Below are positions 51,208 through 61,163 of a stretch of DNA of 64,000 bases, one piece after another. The stretch spans positions 399,127-463,126 of the forward strand of contig OZ252244.1 in assembly GCA_965249575.1 (NCBI GenBank). Reading direction: 5' to 3'. Made by a program: the position numbers and the translations under genes. Source of the DNA: Gemmatimonadales bacterium (GTDB lineage Bacteria > Gemmatimonadota > Gemmatimonadetes > Gemmatimonadales > GWC2-71-9). Under the pieces are notes generated by a model that was given only the letters and a program-made list of their open reading frames with translations, ran no database searches and was not told the origin of the DNA. Numbering within the stretch: position 1 is the stretch's first letter; each line of letters starts with the position of its first letter.

Positions 51208-53886
51208 ATGACCCGGGCCGCCCTCGCTCCCCAATACGATCCGTCCACGACGGAGGCGCCGGCGTACGCACGGTGGCAGGAGGCCGGCGTCTTCACCGCG
51301 AGGGCCGGGACCGAGCGCGAGCCCTACGTCATCGTGATCCCGCCGCCCAACGTCACAGCCATGCTCCACATGGGACACGGGCTGAACAACACGTTGCAGG
51401 ACGTGCTGATTCGGTTCGAGCGAATGCGGGGCCGTGAAGCCCTTTACTTGCCGGGCACTGACCACGCCGGCATCGCGACACAGAACGTCGTGGAGCGCCT
51501 GCTCGCTCAGGAAGGCAAGACGCGGCAGGATGTCGGCCGGGACGCGTTCGTCGAACGCGTATGGTCCCACGTACATGAGACCGGTGACACGATTCTGGAA
51601 CAACTCAAGGCCATCGGCTGCTCGTGCGACTGGTCCCGGACGCGTTTCACCCTCGATGACGGATATTCCGCCGCCGTCCGCCGCGTGTTCGTGACGCTGT
51701 TCCAGCAGGGACTCGTGTATCGGGGCCACCGCATCATTCACTGGTGTCCCCGGTGCCTTACCGCTCTCTCCGACGAAGAAGCGGAGTCCCGGGAGACCGA
51801 CGGGACGCTCTACCACATCCGGTACCGCCGGGCCGGTGATGCCACGGACGGGGGCGACGTCATGGTGGCAACCACCCGGCCCGAGACGATGTTCGGCGAT
51901 ATCGCCGTCGTCTATCACCCCGACGACGCCCGCTTCGAAGGCCTGCGGGGCCGGTCGGTAGAAATCCCCCTGTCGCGGCGAGTGATCCCGGTCGGCACCC
52001 ATCCCTCGGTCGAACGGGAGTTCGGGACCGGCCTCCTCAAAGTCACTCCGGCTCACGACGCAAGCGATTTCGAGATCGCTGCCGACCTGCCGGGCGACAA
52101 AAAGCCCGTCATCATGACCGAGAACGGCAAGATGGCGGATGTGGAGCGCGTGCCTGCCGATCTCCGCGGCATGGATCGGTTCGATGCGCGCGCGCGCATC
52201 GTCGAACAGCTGAGCCAAGCCGGTCAGCTGGCCAAGAAGGAATCGCATCGCTACTCGCCCCGACATTGTTACCGTTGCGGCACCGTCGTCGAGCCGCGGC
52301 TGTCCGATCAATGGTTCGTGAAAATGCGGCCGCTCGCCGATCGGGCACTCGACGAATACCGGGCGGGACGGCTCCGGATCCTCCCCGAACGATGGGGCTC
52401 CGTCTACGAAAACTGGCTGGCCGGCATCCGGGACTGGTGCATTTCCCGGCAGCTGTGGTGGGGGCACCGGATTCCCGCATGGTATTGCGAGGGCGGATGC
52501 GGGCACGTCACCGTCGCCGAAGCCGATCCAGCTGCCTGCGAGGAGTGCGGCGGAACGGTGCGTCAGGACCCGGACGTGCTGGACACGTGGTTCTCGTCGG
52601 CTCTCTGGCCGTTCGCGACGCTCGGCTGGCCGGAGGAGACCTCCGACCTGAAGCGGTTCTACCCCGGGCACACGCTGGTGACCGGCCCCGATATCATCTT
52701 CTTCTGGGTCGCGCGCATGGTGATGATGGGATACCACTATCTCGGCGAGCGGCCGTACCAAACGGTTGTGTTGAACGGCATTGTCCGGGACACGCAACAC
52801 CGGAAGATGTCCAAGTCGGCTGGCAACGGCATCGATCCACTGGAGGTGGTCAAGCGATTCGGCGCCGACGCCCTGCGGTACACGGTGGTGGCGGCGGCGC
52901 CGGTGGGTACGGACGTCGTTCTCGATCCGGACGACCTCGAGACCAGCTTCGCACCCGGCCGGAATTTCGCGAACAAGCTGTGGAACGCCGGCCGGTTCGT
53001 GCTCGCGAACTTCGACGGGGAGCCAACGCCGGTCGAGAGCCTCGATGCGGCGCAGTTCGAGCTTGCGGACCGGTGGATCCTGTCGCGCACACAGCGGGCC
53101 GTAGCCGCGGCTACGGAGGCGTTCGAGCGGTTTCGGCTGAGCGACGCCGCCAACGAGATCTATCACTTCGTATGGAACGAGCTGGCCGATTGGTACATCG
53201 AGCAGGTGAAACCACGCCTTTACGGAAGCGCGCCCGGCGACGACGTCGCGCGTGGTATTCTCGCTTACGTGCTCGATACCGGCCTCCGCATGCTGCACCC
53301 CGTGGTGCCCTTCGTGACTGAAGAGCTCTGGAGCCACCTGCCCGGCGAGCGGGAGCCGCTGCTGGCCCGTGCGGCCTGGCCACGACCCATCGACCGGCTG
53401 ATCGACGAAGAGGCCGAAGACCGGTTCGCGAGAGTCCAGGCGCTGGTAACCGCCGTGCGGGCTATCCGTTCCGAGTATGGCGTACAGCCGGCGCAGCTCG
53501 TCCGCGCCATGGTACAGCCGGCGAGCGTCGACGCATCGGAGTCGTTCAACGCGGAGGAGCGCACCATCCAGCGGCTGGCGAAGGTGAGCCAGTTGTCCCG
53601 CAACGGCGACACGGAGGGCGTTGGCGCTCACGCGGTCCTCCCGGACGGTTCCGCGGTCTTCGTACCGCTCGGGGACGCCATCGACCTCGTGAAGGAGTGC
53701 GACCGGCTGGGCGCCGAGCTCGGCCGGCTCGACCGGCAGCTGGCCGGTGTCGAGGCTACCCTCAACAATCCCAAGTTCATCGCCCGCGCCCCGGCCGAAG
53801 TCGTCGAACGCGAGCGGGCAAAGGAACGGTCGTGGCGCGATCAACGCACTACTCTCGCCGAAAAACTGCGCATCTTGGGCTGCTAG
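51208..53886 (+). CDS. valS: Valine--tRNA ligase
   Basis: PPPNVTAMLHMGH (HIGH), ..KMSKSAGN.. (KMSKS) and a C-terminal coiled coil; 892 aa. Confidence 0.95.
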   Translation: MTRAALAPQYDPSTTEAPAYARWQEAGVFTARAGTEREPYVIVIPPPNVTAMLHMGHGLNNTLQDVLIRFERMRGREALYLPGTDHAGIATQNVVERLLAQEGKTRQDVGRDAFVERVWSHVHETGDTILEQLKAIGCSCDWSRTRFTLDDGYSAAVRRVFVTLFQQGLVYRGHRIIHWCPRCLTALSDEEAESRETDGTLYHIRYRRAGDATDGGDVMVATTRPETMFGDIAVVYHPDDARFEGLRGRSVEIPLSRRVIPVGTHPSVEREFGTGLLKVTPAHDASDFEIAADLPGDKKPVIMTENGKMADVERVPADLRGMDRFDARARIVEQLSQAGQLAKKESHRYSPRHCYRCGTVVEPRLSDQWFVKMRPLADRALDEYRAGRLRILPERWGSVYENWLAGIRDWCISRQLWWGHRIPAWYCEGGCGHVTVAEADPAACEECGGTVRQDPDVLDTWFSSALWPFATLGWPEETSDLKRFYPGHTLVTGPDIIFFWVARMVMMGYHYLGERPYQTVVLNGIVRDTQHRKMSKSAGNGIDPLEVVKRFGADALRYTVVAAAPVGTDVVLDPDDLETSFAPGRNFANKLWNAGRFVLANFDGEPTPVESLDAAQFELADRWILSRTQRAVAAATEAFERFRLSDAANEIYHFVWNELADWYIEQVKPRLYGSAPGDDVARGILAYVLDTGLRMLHPVVPFVTEELWSHLPGEREPLLARAAWPRPIDRLIDEEAEDRFARVQALVTAVRAIRSEYGVQPAQLVRAMVQPASVDASESFNAEERTIQRLAKVSQLSRNGDTEGVGAHAVLPDGSAVFVPLGDAIDLVKECDRLGAELGRLDRQLAGVEATLNNPKFIARAPAEVVERERAKERSWRDQRTTLAEKLRILGC

Positions 53887-55127
53887 GGTTGGCCGTTGGG
53901 GCGTGCGCAACCGTGCAGCCCCCTCCAGGCGGCCCCCCGGACTACTGGCCCCCGGTTCTGCTGTTGACCGAGCCCGATTCGGGGACCGTGGTCGTAGGCT
54001 GGACCGACCACGTCGTGTTCCGATTCGACGAGGTAGTCACTGAGCCGAGAACGACCGAGGTCGAAAAACTGGTAATCGTGTCGCCGCGTCATGAGGAGAT
54101 CGAGTTCAGCTGGAGACGCTCCGCGCTGGCGTTCAAGCCCAAGGACGGGTGGCGGCCGGGCGCCGTCTACACCGTTGCGCTGCTGCCGGGCGTCTCTGAC
54201 CTCCGCAACAACCGGCTGACGACCGGATATACCACCGTTTTTTCCACCGGAGCGCCAATTCTCGACACGCGAATTCGGGGAACCGTCATCGACTGGGAGG
54301 CGGGGCGGCCCCTGCGCCGCCCGCTGGTTGAAGCACTCCACCTGTCGGATTCGCTGGTGTATGTCTCGAGCGGTGACTCCGCCGGCGGCTTCGAGATCCC
54401 GTATGCCCCGCCCGGCGCCTACGCCCTGTACGCCACGGCTGACCAGAACACCAACAGCCGCCGCGATCGCCGTGAGGCGTTCGACTCGGTACTGATCAGC
54501 CTCGACTCGACCACTAGCGCCACGTTGTGGACTTTTACGCACGACACGGTCGGTCCTCGACTCAGGAACAGCACCAGCATCGATAGCATGACGATTCGGC
54601 TCGAGTTCAATCAGATCGTCGCACCCACCGGCCCGCTCTCGAGAGACGTCAGGGTTCGCCAGCTTCCGGATTCCGTCCCACTCGTCGTTTCGGCGGTCTG
54701 GCAGCAACCCACCTACGATTCCGTCAAGACCGAGCGGCAGACGCAGGCAGACTCCCTCGCGGCCGCTGCCGCCGACTCGGCCGCCGCCGATTCACTGGCG
54801 GCCGATTCGCTAGCGGTCGCGCCTGACACTGTGGCGGCGGCCGATTCCGCGGAAACGCCGGCGCAACGTCGCCCCGAAGGGCGGGGCGGCCGGAGGCCGG
54901 GAGACGCCGCCGCGATACCGGGCGTGGGTGGTCCAGCCATCGATAGCGCGACCGCCCAGCTGATCGCCGAACGGCCACCGCTCAGCGCGATCGTCATCGT
55001 CGAGGTCGCCGAGCCATTGGAGGCGGGCGCACGATACGTGATCGACGCGAGCGTCGAGAATCTCACCGGCGCGCGGGACGAATCGCAGTCGGTTCTCGTC
55101 ATGCCGGAGGCGACCGAGACACCGTGA
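53832..55127 (+). CDS. Ig-like-domain lipoprotein with an Ala/Asp/Ser-rich low-complexity linker
   Basis: GTG 53832 gives MARSTHYSRRKTAHLGLLGLAVGAC (lipobox). It overlaps the valS 3' end by 55 nt in another frame. ADSLAAAAADSAAADSLAADSLAVAPD is the low-complexity repeat. Confidence 0.55.
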   Translation: MARSTHYSRRKTAHLGLLGLAVGACATVQPPPGGPPDYWPPVLLLTEPDSGTVVVGWTDHVVFRFDEVVTEPRTTEVEKLVIVSPRHEEIEFSWRRSALAFKPKDGWRPGAVYTVALLPGVSDLRNNRLTTGYTTVFSTGAPILDTRIRGTVIDWEAGRPLRRPLVEALHLSDSLVYVSSGDSAGGFEIPYAPPGAYALYATADQNTNSRRDRREAFDSVLISLDSTTSATLWTFTHDTVGPRLRNSTSIDSMTIRLEFNQIVAPTGPLSRDVRVRQLPDSVPLVVSAVWQQPTYDSVKTERQTQADSLAAAAADSAAADSLAADSLAVAPDTVAAADSAETPAQRRPEGRGGRRPGDAAAIPGVGGPAIDSATAQLIAERPPLSAIVIVEVAEPLEAGARYVIDASVENLTGARDESQSVLVMPEATETP

Positions 55128-56461
55128 CCGACTCGCGCCGGGCCCTCCCCGCCGTCAACGCCCTGCTCGCGGACGCCGAGCGCGCCGGACTCCTCACCAA
55201 CACCCCACGAACGGTTTTGGTTCACGCAATCCGGCGGACCCTGGCACACTCCCGCCGCCAAGGCGGCGAGCCACCCCCCGGCGGTTGGCTCCCGGCGGTG
55301 GCGGAGCGGGTCGCCACCGCCCGCCGTCCCTCGCTCATCCGAGTGATCAATGCCACCGGCGTCATCCTGCATACCAATCTGGGACGGGCTCCGCTCCCCG
55401 AGGTGGCTCGACACGCTCTCGCCGAGGCAGCCGGGTACAGCTCACTGGAATACGACGTCGACGGCGGCACGCGCGGATCGCGGCAAGATCACCTCCGCTC
55501 CCTTTTGTGCGACCTCACCGGCGCGGAGGACGCGTTCGTCGCGACGAACGCGGCGGCGGCGCTGTTGCTCGCCCTCAACACCCTGTCGGAGGGCGGCGAA
55601 ACGTTGGTCTCTCGGGGGGAGCTGCTCGAAATCGGTGGTGGGTTCCGGATACCGGAGATCCTGCGAAAGAGCGGAGCCACGCTCGTCGAGGTCGGTACCA
55701 CCAACCGAACGCACCCAGGCGACTACGAGCGGGGCGCCACCCAGGCGACCCGGTGCGCCCTCAAGGTGCATCGCTCGAATTTCCGCATGAGCGGCTACGT
55801 GAGCGAGGTGAGTGTCACCGAGCTGGTGGGTTTGATGGCCGACCGGGAAGTCCCCGTCGTACACGACGCCGGTAGCGGGCTCTTGATCGACCTCGAGCCC
55901 TACGGACTCCGAGGCGAGCCGCTCGTCCAGCAGGGCGTGGCGGGAGGGGCGACCGTCGTGTTCTCGGGGGACAAACTGGTGGGAGGCCCCCAGTCCGGAA
56001 TCGTCGTCGGGCCCAGTACCGTGGTCTCGCGAGTCAAGCGAAACCCGCTGGCGCGGGCGCTTCGCCCCGACAAGTCGATCATCGCAGCACTCGAGGCGAC
56101 GCTCGCTCTGTATCGTGATCGGGAGACGGCGTTGGCCGACGTCCCGACGCTGGCCATGCTCGTCGCGCGGCCGGCGGATCTCAAGCGGCGGGCGCGCCGT
56201 CTCGCCCGCCGCATTCCCTCGGCATCCGTCGAACCAGGCACGTCGTCGGTCGGCGGCGGGTCCTTCCCGGATGCGGACCTGCCGACTTCCCTCGTCACGA
56301 TCGCCACCCGCTCATGCGACGACTTCCTCACCGCGCTGCGCCGGCACTCGCCCCCCATCATCGCGCGGGCTCGCGAGGGACGCGTCGCTCTGGACGTGCG
56401 CACCTTGGGGGACGAGCACTTCAAATCCGTGGCCGCCGCGGTCGCGGCGGCGCGAGGCTAG
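55124..56461 (+). CDS. selA: L-seryl-tRNA(Sec) selenium transferase
   Basis: N-terminal ..LPAVNALLAD.., ..VINATGVILHTNLGRAPL.., ..ATNAAAALLLAL.. and ..FSGDKLVGGPQ (PLP lysine context). The GTG start overlaps the upstream stop. Confidence 0.8.
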   Translation: MTDSRRALPAVNALLADAERAGLLTNTPRTVLVHAIRRTLAHSRRQGGEPPPGGWLPAVAERVATARRPSLIRVINATGVILHTNLGRAPLPEVARHALAEAAGYSSLEYDVDGGTRGSRQDHLRSLLCDLTGAEDAFVATNAAAALLLALNTLSEGGETLVSRGELLEIGGGFRIPEILRKSGATLVEVGTTNRTHPGDYERGATQATRCALKVHRSNFRMSGYVSEVSVTELVGLMADREVPVVHDAGSGLLIDLEPYGLRGEPLVQQGVAGGATVVFSGDKLVGGPQSGIVVGPSTVVSRVKRNPLARALRPDKSIIAALEATLALYRDRETALADVPTLAMLVARPADLKRRARRLARRIPSASVEPGTSSVGGGSFPDADLPTSLVTIATRSCDDFLTALRRHSPPIIARAREGRVALDVRTLGDEHFKSVAAAVAAARG

Positions 56462-56468
56462 AACGGTA

Positions 56469-57116
56469 ATGCGTGTTGCGGTGCTCGCCTCCGGCAGCGG
56501 ATCGAACCTGCAGGCCCTGATGGATGCCTGCCAGCGGGGCACCAGCGCCCGAGTCGTTCTCGTTGCGAGCGACAGAGCGGCGTGCGGCGCACTCGAAAAG
56601 GCCGCCGCCGCCCAGGTGACCACTCACGTCATCACGAACCCCGCGGATGCCCACGCGCTCACCGCGGTTCTCCAGCGGCACGAAATCGATCTCGTGGTGC
56701 TCGCCGGGTACCTGAAACTGGTGCCGGGGAAAACAGTCGACACGTTCCCGCAGCACATGATTAACATTCACCCCGCGCTGCTGCCGGCGTTCGGCGGGCC
56801 CGGGATGTACGGACTCAAAGTGCATCGCGCCGTCCTGGCCTCGGGTACGCGGGTGACGGGAGCCACGGTTCATTTGGTCACAACGGAGTACGACCGGGGC
56901 CAGATTGTGGCGCAGTGGCCCGTGCCCGTACTGCCTGGCGACACGCCAGACGTTTTGGCAGCGCGGGTCCTGGTCGTCGAGCACCAATTGTTGCCGGCCG
57001 TGGTCAAAGCAGCTGCCGCCGCGGGGCGGGTGGTACCGCTCGCACCCAGCGGGCCGGGTTACGCTCCGGGCGACCCGACCGGCTTAGCCGCTGGGCTCGA
57101 GCCACACGATCACTGA
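56469..57116 (+). CDS. purN: Phosphoribosylglycinamide formyltransferase
   Basis: MRVAVLASGSGSNLQAL...LVVLAGYLKLV...INIHPALLPAFGG...TGATVHLVTTEYDRGQIV. Confidence 0.9.
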   Translation: MRVAVLASGSGSNLQALMDACQRGTSARVVLVASDRAACGALEKAAAAQVTTHVITNPADAHALTAVLQRHEIDLVVLAGYLKLVPGKTVDTFPQHMINIHPALLPAFGGPGMYGLKVHRAVLASGTRVTGATVHLVTTEYDRGQIVAQWPVPVLPGDTPDVLAARVLVVEHQLLPAVVKAAAAAGRVVPLAPSGPGYAPGDPTGLAAGLEPHDH

Positions 57117-57153
57117 GATACAGAAACCAGCAACCACAGGTAGGGAATACACC

Positions 57154-58683
57154 GTGCCGCGTGCGCTCATCTCGGTTTCCGATAAGCAGGGGATCGCGGA
57201 GTTCGCCAGGGGACTCGAAGCCCTGGGCTGGGAAATCATCTCGACTGGAGGCACCGCCCGCGCCCTGTCGGGAGCCGGAGTCTCGGTGATCGGAATCGAA
57301 GACGTCACCGGGTTTCCCGAGATCCTGGACGGACGCCTCAAGACGCTGCACCCCGCCGTGCACGGTGGGCTCCTGGCTCGAAGGGATCTGCCCGCGCACA
57401 TGGAGGCGTTGCGCGACCACGGCATTCAGCCGATCGACCTCGTGGCGGTCAACCTCTACCCGTTTCGGAAAACCGTGTCGCGCGGTGACGTCACCCTGGC
57501 CGAGGCCATCGAGCAGATCGACATCGGAGGACCCACAATGCTTCGATCGGCCGCGAAGAACCACGCCGCCGTCCTCGTCGTGGTCGACCCGGGGGACTAT
57601 GGGCGCGTACTCCAGGCTCTCGAGGGAGACGACGTGTCCGACGAGCTCCGGCTCGAGCTGGCGGCGAAGGTTTTCGCGCACACGGCCTCGTACGACGGGG
57701 GAATCGCCACGTTTTTGAGCCGAGACGTCGATGCCCTGCCACGTTTCCTGGGCTTCACTTTGGACCGGCTCCAATCGCTCCGCTACGGCGAAAACCCCGA
57801 GCAGCGGGCCGGGTTGTATGCCACCGAAGAAGTGGACGGTGTACGCGCGCTTGAGCAGCACGGAGGAAAGGACCTATCGTTCAACAACCTGCTGGATATC
57901 GAGGGGGCACAGCTGGCCGTTGCGCCCTGGCCGGCTCGGCCGGCCTGCGCCGTGATCAAACACACGACCCCCTGTGGAATAGCCCTCGGCGCGAGTCCGT
58001 CGGAGGCGTATCGCAGGGCGCTCGCGACCGATCCCACGTCCGCTTTCGGTTCGGTGGTGGCGTTCAGCACGGGCGTCGACGCGAAGACCGCCGAGGCCAT
58101 GGCGGACCTGTTCGTCGAAGCGGTGGTCGGCCCCGCGTTCACGCCCGAAGCGATCGAGACGTTCCGGCGCAAGAAGAACCTCCGCATCGTTCAGCTTCCG
58201 CCTTCCCGCGAGGACCGTGCTCTCGACCTCAAGCGGGTGCGGGGAGGATTCCTGGTACAGGAGCGGTTTACCTTTTCGCCCAACGACGCGGAGTGGCATA
58301 CCACGAGCCTGCGGGCTCCCACGGAGACCGAGTGGCGAGATCTTCGGTTCGCGTGGGCCGCGGTGGCGAGCGTCAAATCGAACGCGATTCTCCTGGCTCG
58401 GGACGAGGCCGCCATCGGGATCGGCGCGGGACAGATGAGCCGGGTAGACGCATCATTCCTCGCGGTGCACAAGGCTCGGGAGGCGGGCCACGACACGACC
58501 GGCTGCGTGCTGGCTTCCGACGCGTTCTTCCCGTTTCCCGATGGGGTGGAGGCGGCCGCCAAGGCGGGCGTGACGGCCATCATCCAGCCGGGCGGCTCGA
58601 TTCGCGACGACGAAGTGATTGCCGCGGCCAATGCGGCCGGGATCACGATGGTAGTGACCGGCGTGCGGCAATTCAGACACTAG
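57154..58683 (+). CDS. purH: Bifunctional AICAR transformylase / IMP cyclohydrolase
   Basis: RALISVSDKQGI...STGGTA...GGLLARRD...IQPGGSIRDDEVI... ends in QFRH. Confidence 0.95.
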   Translation: MPRALISVSDKQGIAEFARGLEALGWEIISTGGTARALSGAGVSVIGIEDVTGFPEILDGRLKTLHPAVHGGLLARRDLPAHMEALRDHGIQPIDLVAVNLYPFRKTVSRGDVTLAEAIEQIDIGGPTMLRSAAKNHAAVLVVVDPGDYGRVLQALEGDDVSDELRLELAAKVFAHTASYDGGIATFLSRDVDALPRFLGFTLDRLQSLRYGENPEQRAGLYATEEVDGVRALEQHGGKDLSFNNLLDIEGAQLAVAPWPARPACAVIKHTTPCGIALGASPSEAYRRALATDPTSAFGSVVAFSTGVDAKTAEAMADLFVEAVVGPAFTPEAIETFRRKKNLRIVQLPPSREDRALDLKRVRGGFLVQERFTFSPNDAEWHTTSLRAPTETEWRDLRFAWAAVASVKSNAILLARDEAAIGIGAGQMSRVDASFLAVHKAREAGHDTTGCVLASDAFFPFPDGVEAAAKAGVTAIIQPGGSIRDDEVIAAANAAGITMVVTGVRQFRH

Positions 58684-58807
58684 TGGAGCGCAACGGTAGT
58701 GATCGCGCCCCGTCCTCGTGGGTTGCAACCGGGGACCTCCGCACCGAATCCTCCGGCGGCCGTGTAGCCTCAATCGAAGGCATCCGTGGGTCCTGGGACT
58801 ATAACGA

Positions 58808-61150
58808 ATGGTGAAACCGGTGACCGTCAGCGCTGAAAACGAGCTCGCCCTCGAGCGCCCGCCCTACGGACTCGCGGGCCTCGTGGCGCTGTTACTGCTG
58901 GTCCTCTACGTCGCGACCATCGGGCCCACGACGCAGTTCTGGGACACGTCCGAATACATCGCCGCCGCGAAGGTCCTGGGCATACCTCACCCGCCGGGCA
59001 ACCCGCTGTTCGTACTCCTGGCAAGCGTGTGGGGCATGCTGCCGATCGCGGCAAGCTACGCGCTGCGTATCAATCTCCTGGCCGCAACCACCAGCGCGTT
59101 GGCGTCTGGCTTCCTGTTTCTCGTGGCCGACCGATTCCTCCGCGACACGATGGCCGCGCCCCAATGGGTTCGCCGGGCGACGGCGTTCGCGGGTGTCTTC
59201 GTCGCCGCCACGTCCTTCACCGTCTGGAACCAGTCGACGGCGAACGAGAAGGTGTACACGGTCAGCCTGCTGTCGATCGCGCTCGTCCTGTGGATCACCG
59301 TGCATTGGGGCGACGACACGCCCGGGCCGCACCGCGACCGCTGGCTCGTGCTCATCGGGTATCTGCTGACGCTCGGCTCGACGAATCACATGATGGGCGT
59401 GCTGGTCACCCCGGCGGTGGGCATCTACGTCCTGGGCACCGATCTCCGCGAGGCGACCAGGCCCTGGGTCCTCGCCATGGGGTTCGCGTTCGCCCTGGCC
59501 GTAACCGGCGCGTGGAGTGCCCTCGTCGATGGGCCCGCGGAGCTCAAGTTCGCCATCCTGGCGGGCGCGGTGGCACTCGCCGTGTATACCGCCGTGCGGG
59601 ACAGCCGGGAATTCGCCCGCCCCATGCTGTATATCGCCATCGGCGCCGTCGCCGTCGGGATATCCCTCAACTACACGTTCCTCCCGATTCGAGCGAACCA
59701 CTTCCCGCCGATCAACGAGGGGGAGCCCACCAACTGGCAGTCCCTCCTGGCGGTCCTGAATCGGGATCAGTACGCCAAGCCGCCCCTGTCGATGCGCCAG
59801 GCCGACTTCGCATCGCAACTCGCGAATTACTGGCAGTACTTCACCTGGCAATTCGCACGGGACTGGGGCGCGCCGGTGCGAGCCGTCCTGGCCGCGGTGT
59901 TCGCGGGCATCGGGCTGGCCGGCGCCTGGCGCCAGTGGCAGCGGAGCCGACGCGCCGCACTCGCTATGACCGCGCTCATGGCGACGTTTACCGTGTTCCT
60001 GATCTACTACCTCAACTTCAAGAACGGGTTCTCGATCCGCCCCGGCGAAGACCTGATTCGGGAGGTGCGCGAGCGGGATTACTTCTTCGTCGGATCGTTC
60101 CTGCTGTGGGGCATCTGGGTGGCCCTGGGATTCGGGGTGCTCGTCGAGACCACCGCCGACTTCTTCCGGGAGCGATTCCCAGAACCGCTCCGGTGGCGCG
60201 TCGCGTCGCCAGTGCTCGCCCTGGCGTTGATTCCGCTGTTCGGGAATCGGCTCACGGCGCCGCGTGCCGGCGAAAGCCTGGCGAGGGATTTCGCCGTTGA
60301 CCTACTGCAGTCCGTGGAACCCAACGCCATCCTGATCACGGCCGGCGACAACGACGCGTTCCCGCTGTGGTATGCCCAGGAAGTGGAAGGAGTTCGAAAG
60401 GACGTCCTGTTACCCAACCAATCCCTTCTGAACACCAAGTGGCACCTCCGTCAGCTCCAGCGGAGGGCAGCCTTCCCGTTCGACTCTGCCAACGCCGCCG
60501 ACCCGTATCGGGGACGCTCGTGGCCGGACCCGCCAACCGATCCTCCGTTCGATCTGACGATGGAAGAGCTCGATGCGTTACCGCCGTACTTCCAGATAAC
60601 GGAACGATCGATTTTTCGGGTGGGCGAAGTCACGGCTGTCCTCGAAGCTGGAGGCCTCGAGCGATCCGACCTCGCGACACTGCAGCTCATGCGAGACAAC
60701 CTCGGGAAGCGGCCCATTTACTTCTCCCGGACGACCGCCGCCTACCCAGACCGCCTCGGACTCACGTCTTTCCTTCTCGGACAGGGGCTGGCCCGCAAGC
60801 TCCTCCCCCACCCCATCGAGGAGAGCGACACCACGGCGATGGTGCCGGGATTGGGGTGGGTGGATATCCCGCGGACCTCGCAGCTGCTGTTTGACGTGTA
60901 TCACTACGAGTCCGCGGCGAAGGACCGGCCTCGGGGATGGATCGACATCCCCTCGGAGGGCATTATGGCGCTGTATGGCGTGACCTATTTGTCCTTCAGC
61001 CAGGCCCCGGGGCTAGGCGGACGCGATCTGACCGGGGGCGGCGACTCCCTCTCAGCCGATCTCGCCGCGCGCGCGCGGGACATCGGCACGCGAATCCTCA
61101 ACAACACCAGTTACTCCCGAAACGCCGCGCGCCTCACGACACCCCCCTGA
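58808..61150 (+). CDS. DUF2723 domain-containing polytopic membrane protein (glycosyltransferase-like)
   Basis: ..TTQFWDTSEYIAAAKVLGIPHPPGNPLF.. is the N-terminal signature, followed by about 11 TM helices and a large C-terminal soluble domain. Confidence 0.75.
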   Translation: MVKPVTVSAENELALERPPYGLAGLVALLLLVLYVATIGPTTQFWDTSEYIAAAKVLGIPHPPGNPLFVLLASVWGMLPIAASYALRINLLAATTSALASGFLFLVADRFLRDTMAAPQWVRRATAFAGVFVAATSFTVWNQSTANEKVYTVSLLSIALVLWITVHWGDDTPGPHRDRWLVLIGYLLTLGSTNHMMGVLVTPAVGIYVLGTDLREATRPWVLAMGFAFALAVTGAWSALVDGPAELKFAILAGAVALAVYTAVRDSREFARPMLYIAIGAVAVGISLNYTFLPIRANHFPPINEGEPTNWQSLLAVLNRDQYAKPPLSMRQADFASQLANYWQYFTWQFARDWGAPVRAVLAAVFAGIGLAGAWRQWQRSRRAALAMTALMATFTVFLIYYLNFKNGFSIRPGEDLIREVRERDYFFVGSFLLWGIWVALGFGVLVETTADFFRERFPEPLRWRVASPVLALALIPLFGNRLTAPRAGESLARDFAVDLLQSVEPNAILITAGDNDAFPLWYAQEVEGVRKDVLLPNQSLLNTKWHLRQLQRRAAFPFDSANAADPYRGRSWPDPPTDPPFDLTMEELDALPPYFQITERSIFRVGEVTAVLEAGGLERSDLATLQLMRDNLGKRPIYFSRTTAAYPDRLGLTSFLLGQGLARKLLPHPIEESDTTAMVPGLGWVDIPRTSQLLFDVYHYESAAKDRPRGWIDIPSEGIMALYGVTYLSFSQAPGLGGRDLTGGGDSLSADLAARARDIGTRILNNTSYSRNAARLTTPP

Positions 61151-61163
61151 ACGAACCGAGGAA

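Noticed and set aside
50296-53910. 1204-aa ORF on the minus strand (and many other long antisense or overlapping track ORFs)
   Set aside because: It is antisense to valS and thrS, with an Arg/Pro/Gly-rich low-complexity translation. This is typical stop-codon depletion in high-GC DNA, not a gene.
58684-58807. Possible tRNA-Sec (selC) or other tRNA between purH and the DUF2723 gene
   Set aside because: It contains a GGTTGCAACC palindrome and CCTCCG repeats. There is no T-loop, no cloverleaf and no UCA anticodon loop that I could fold.
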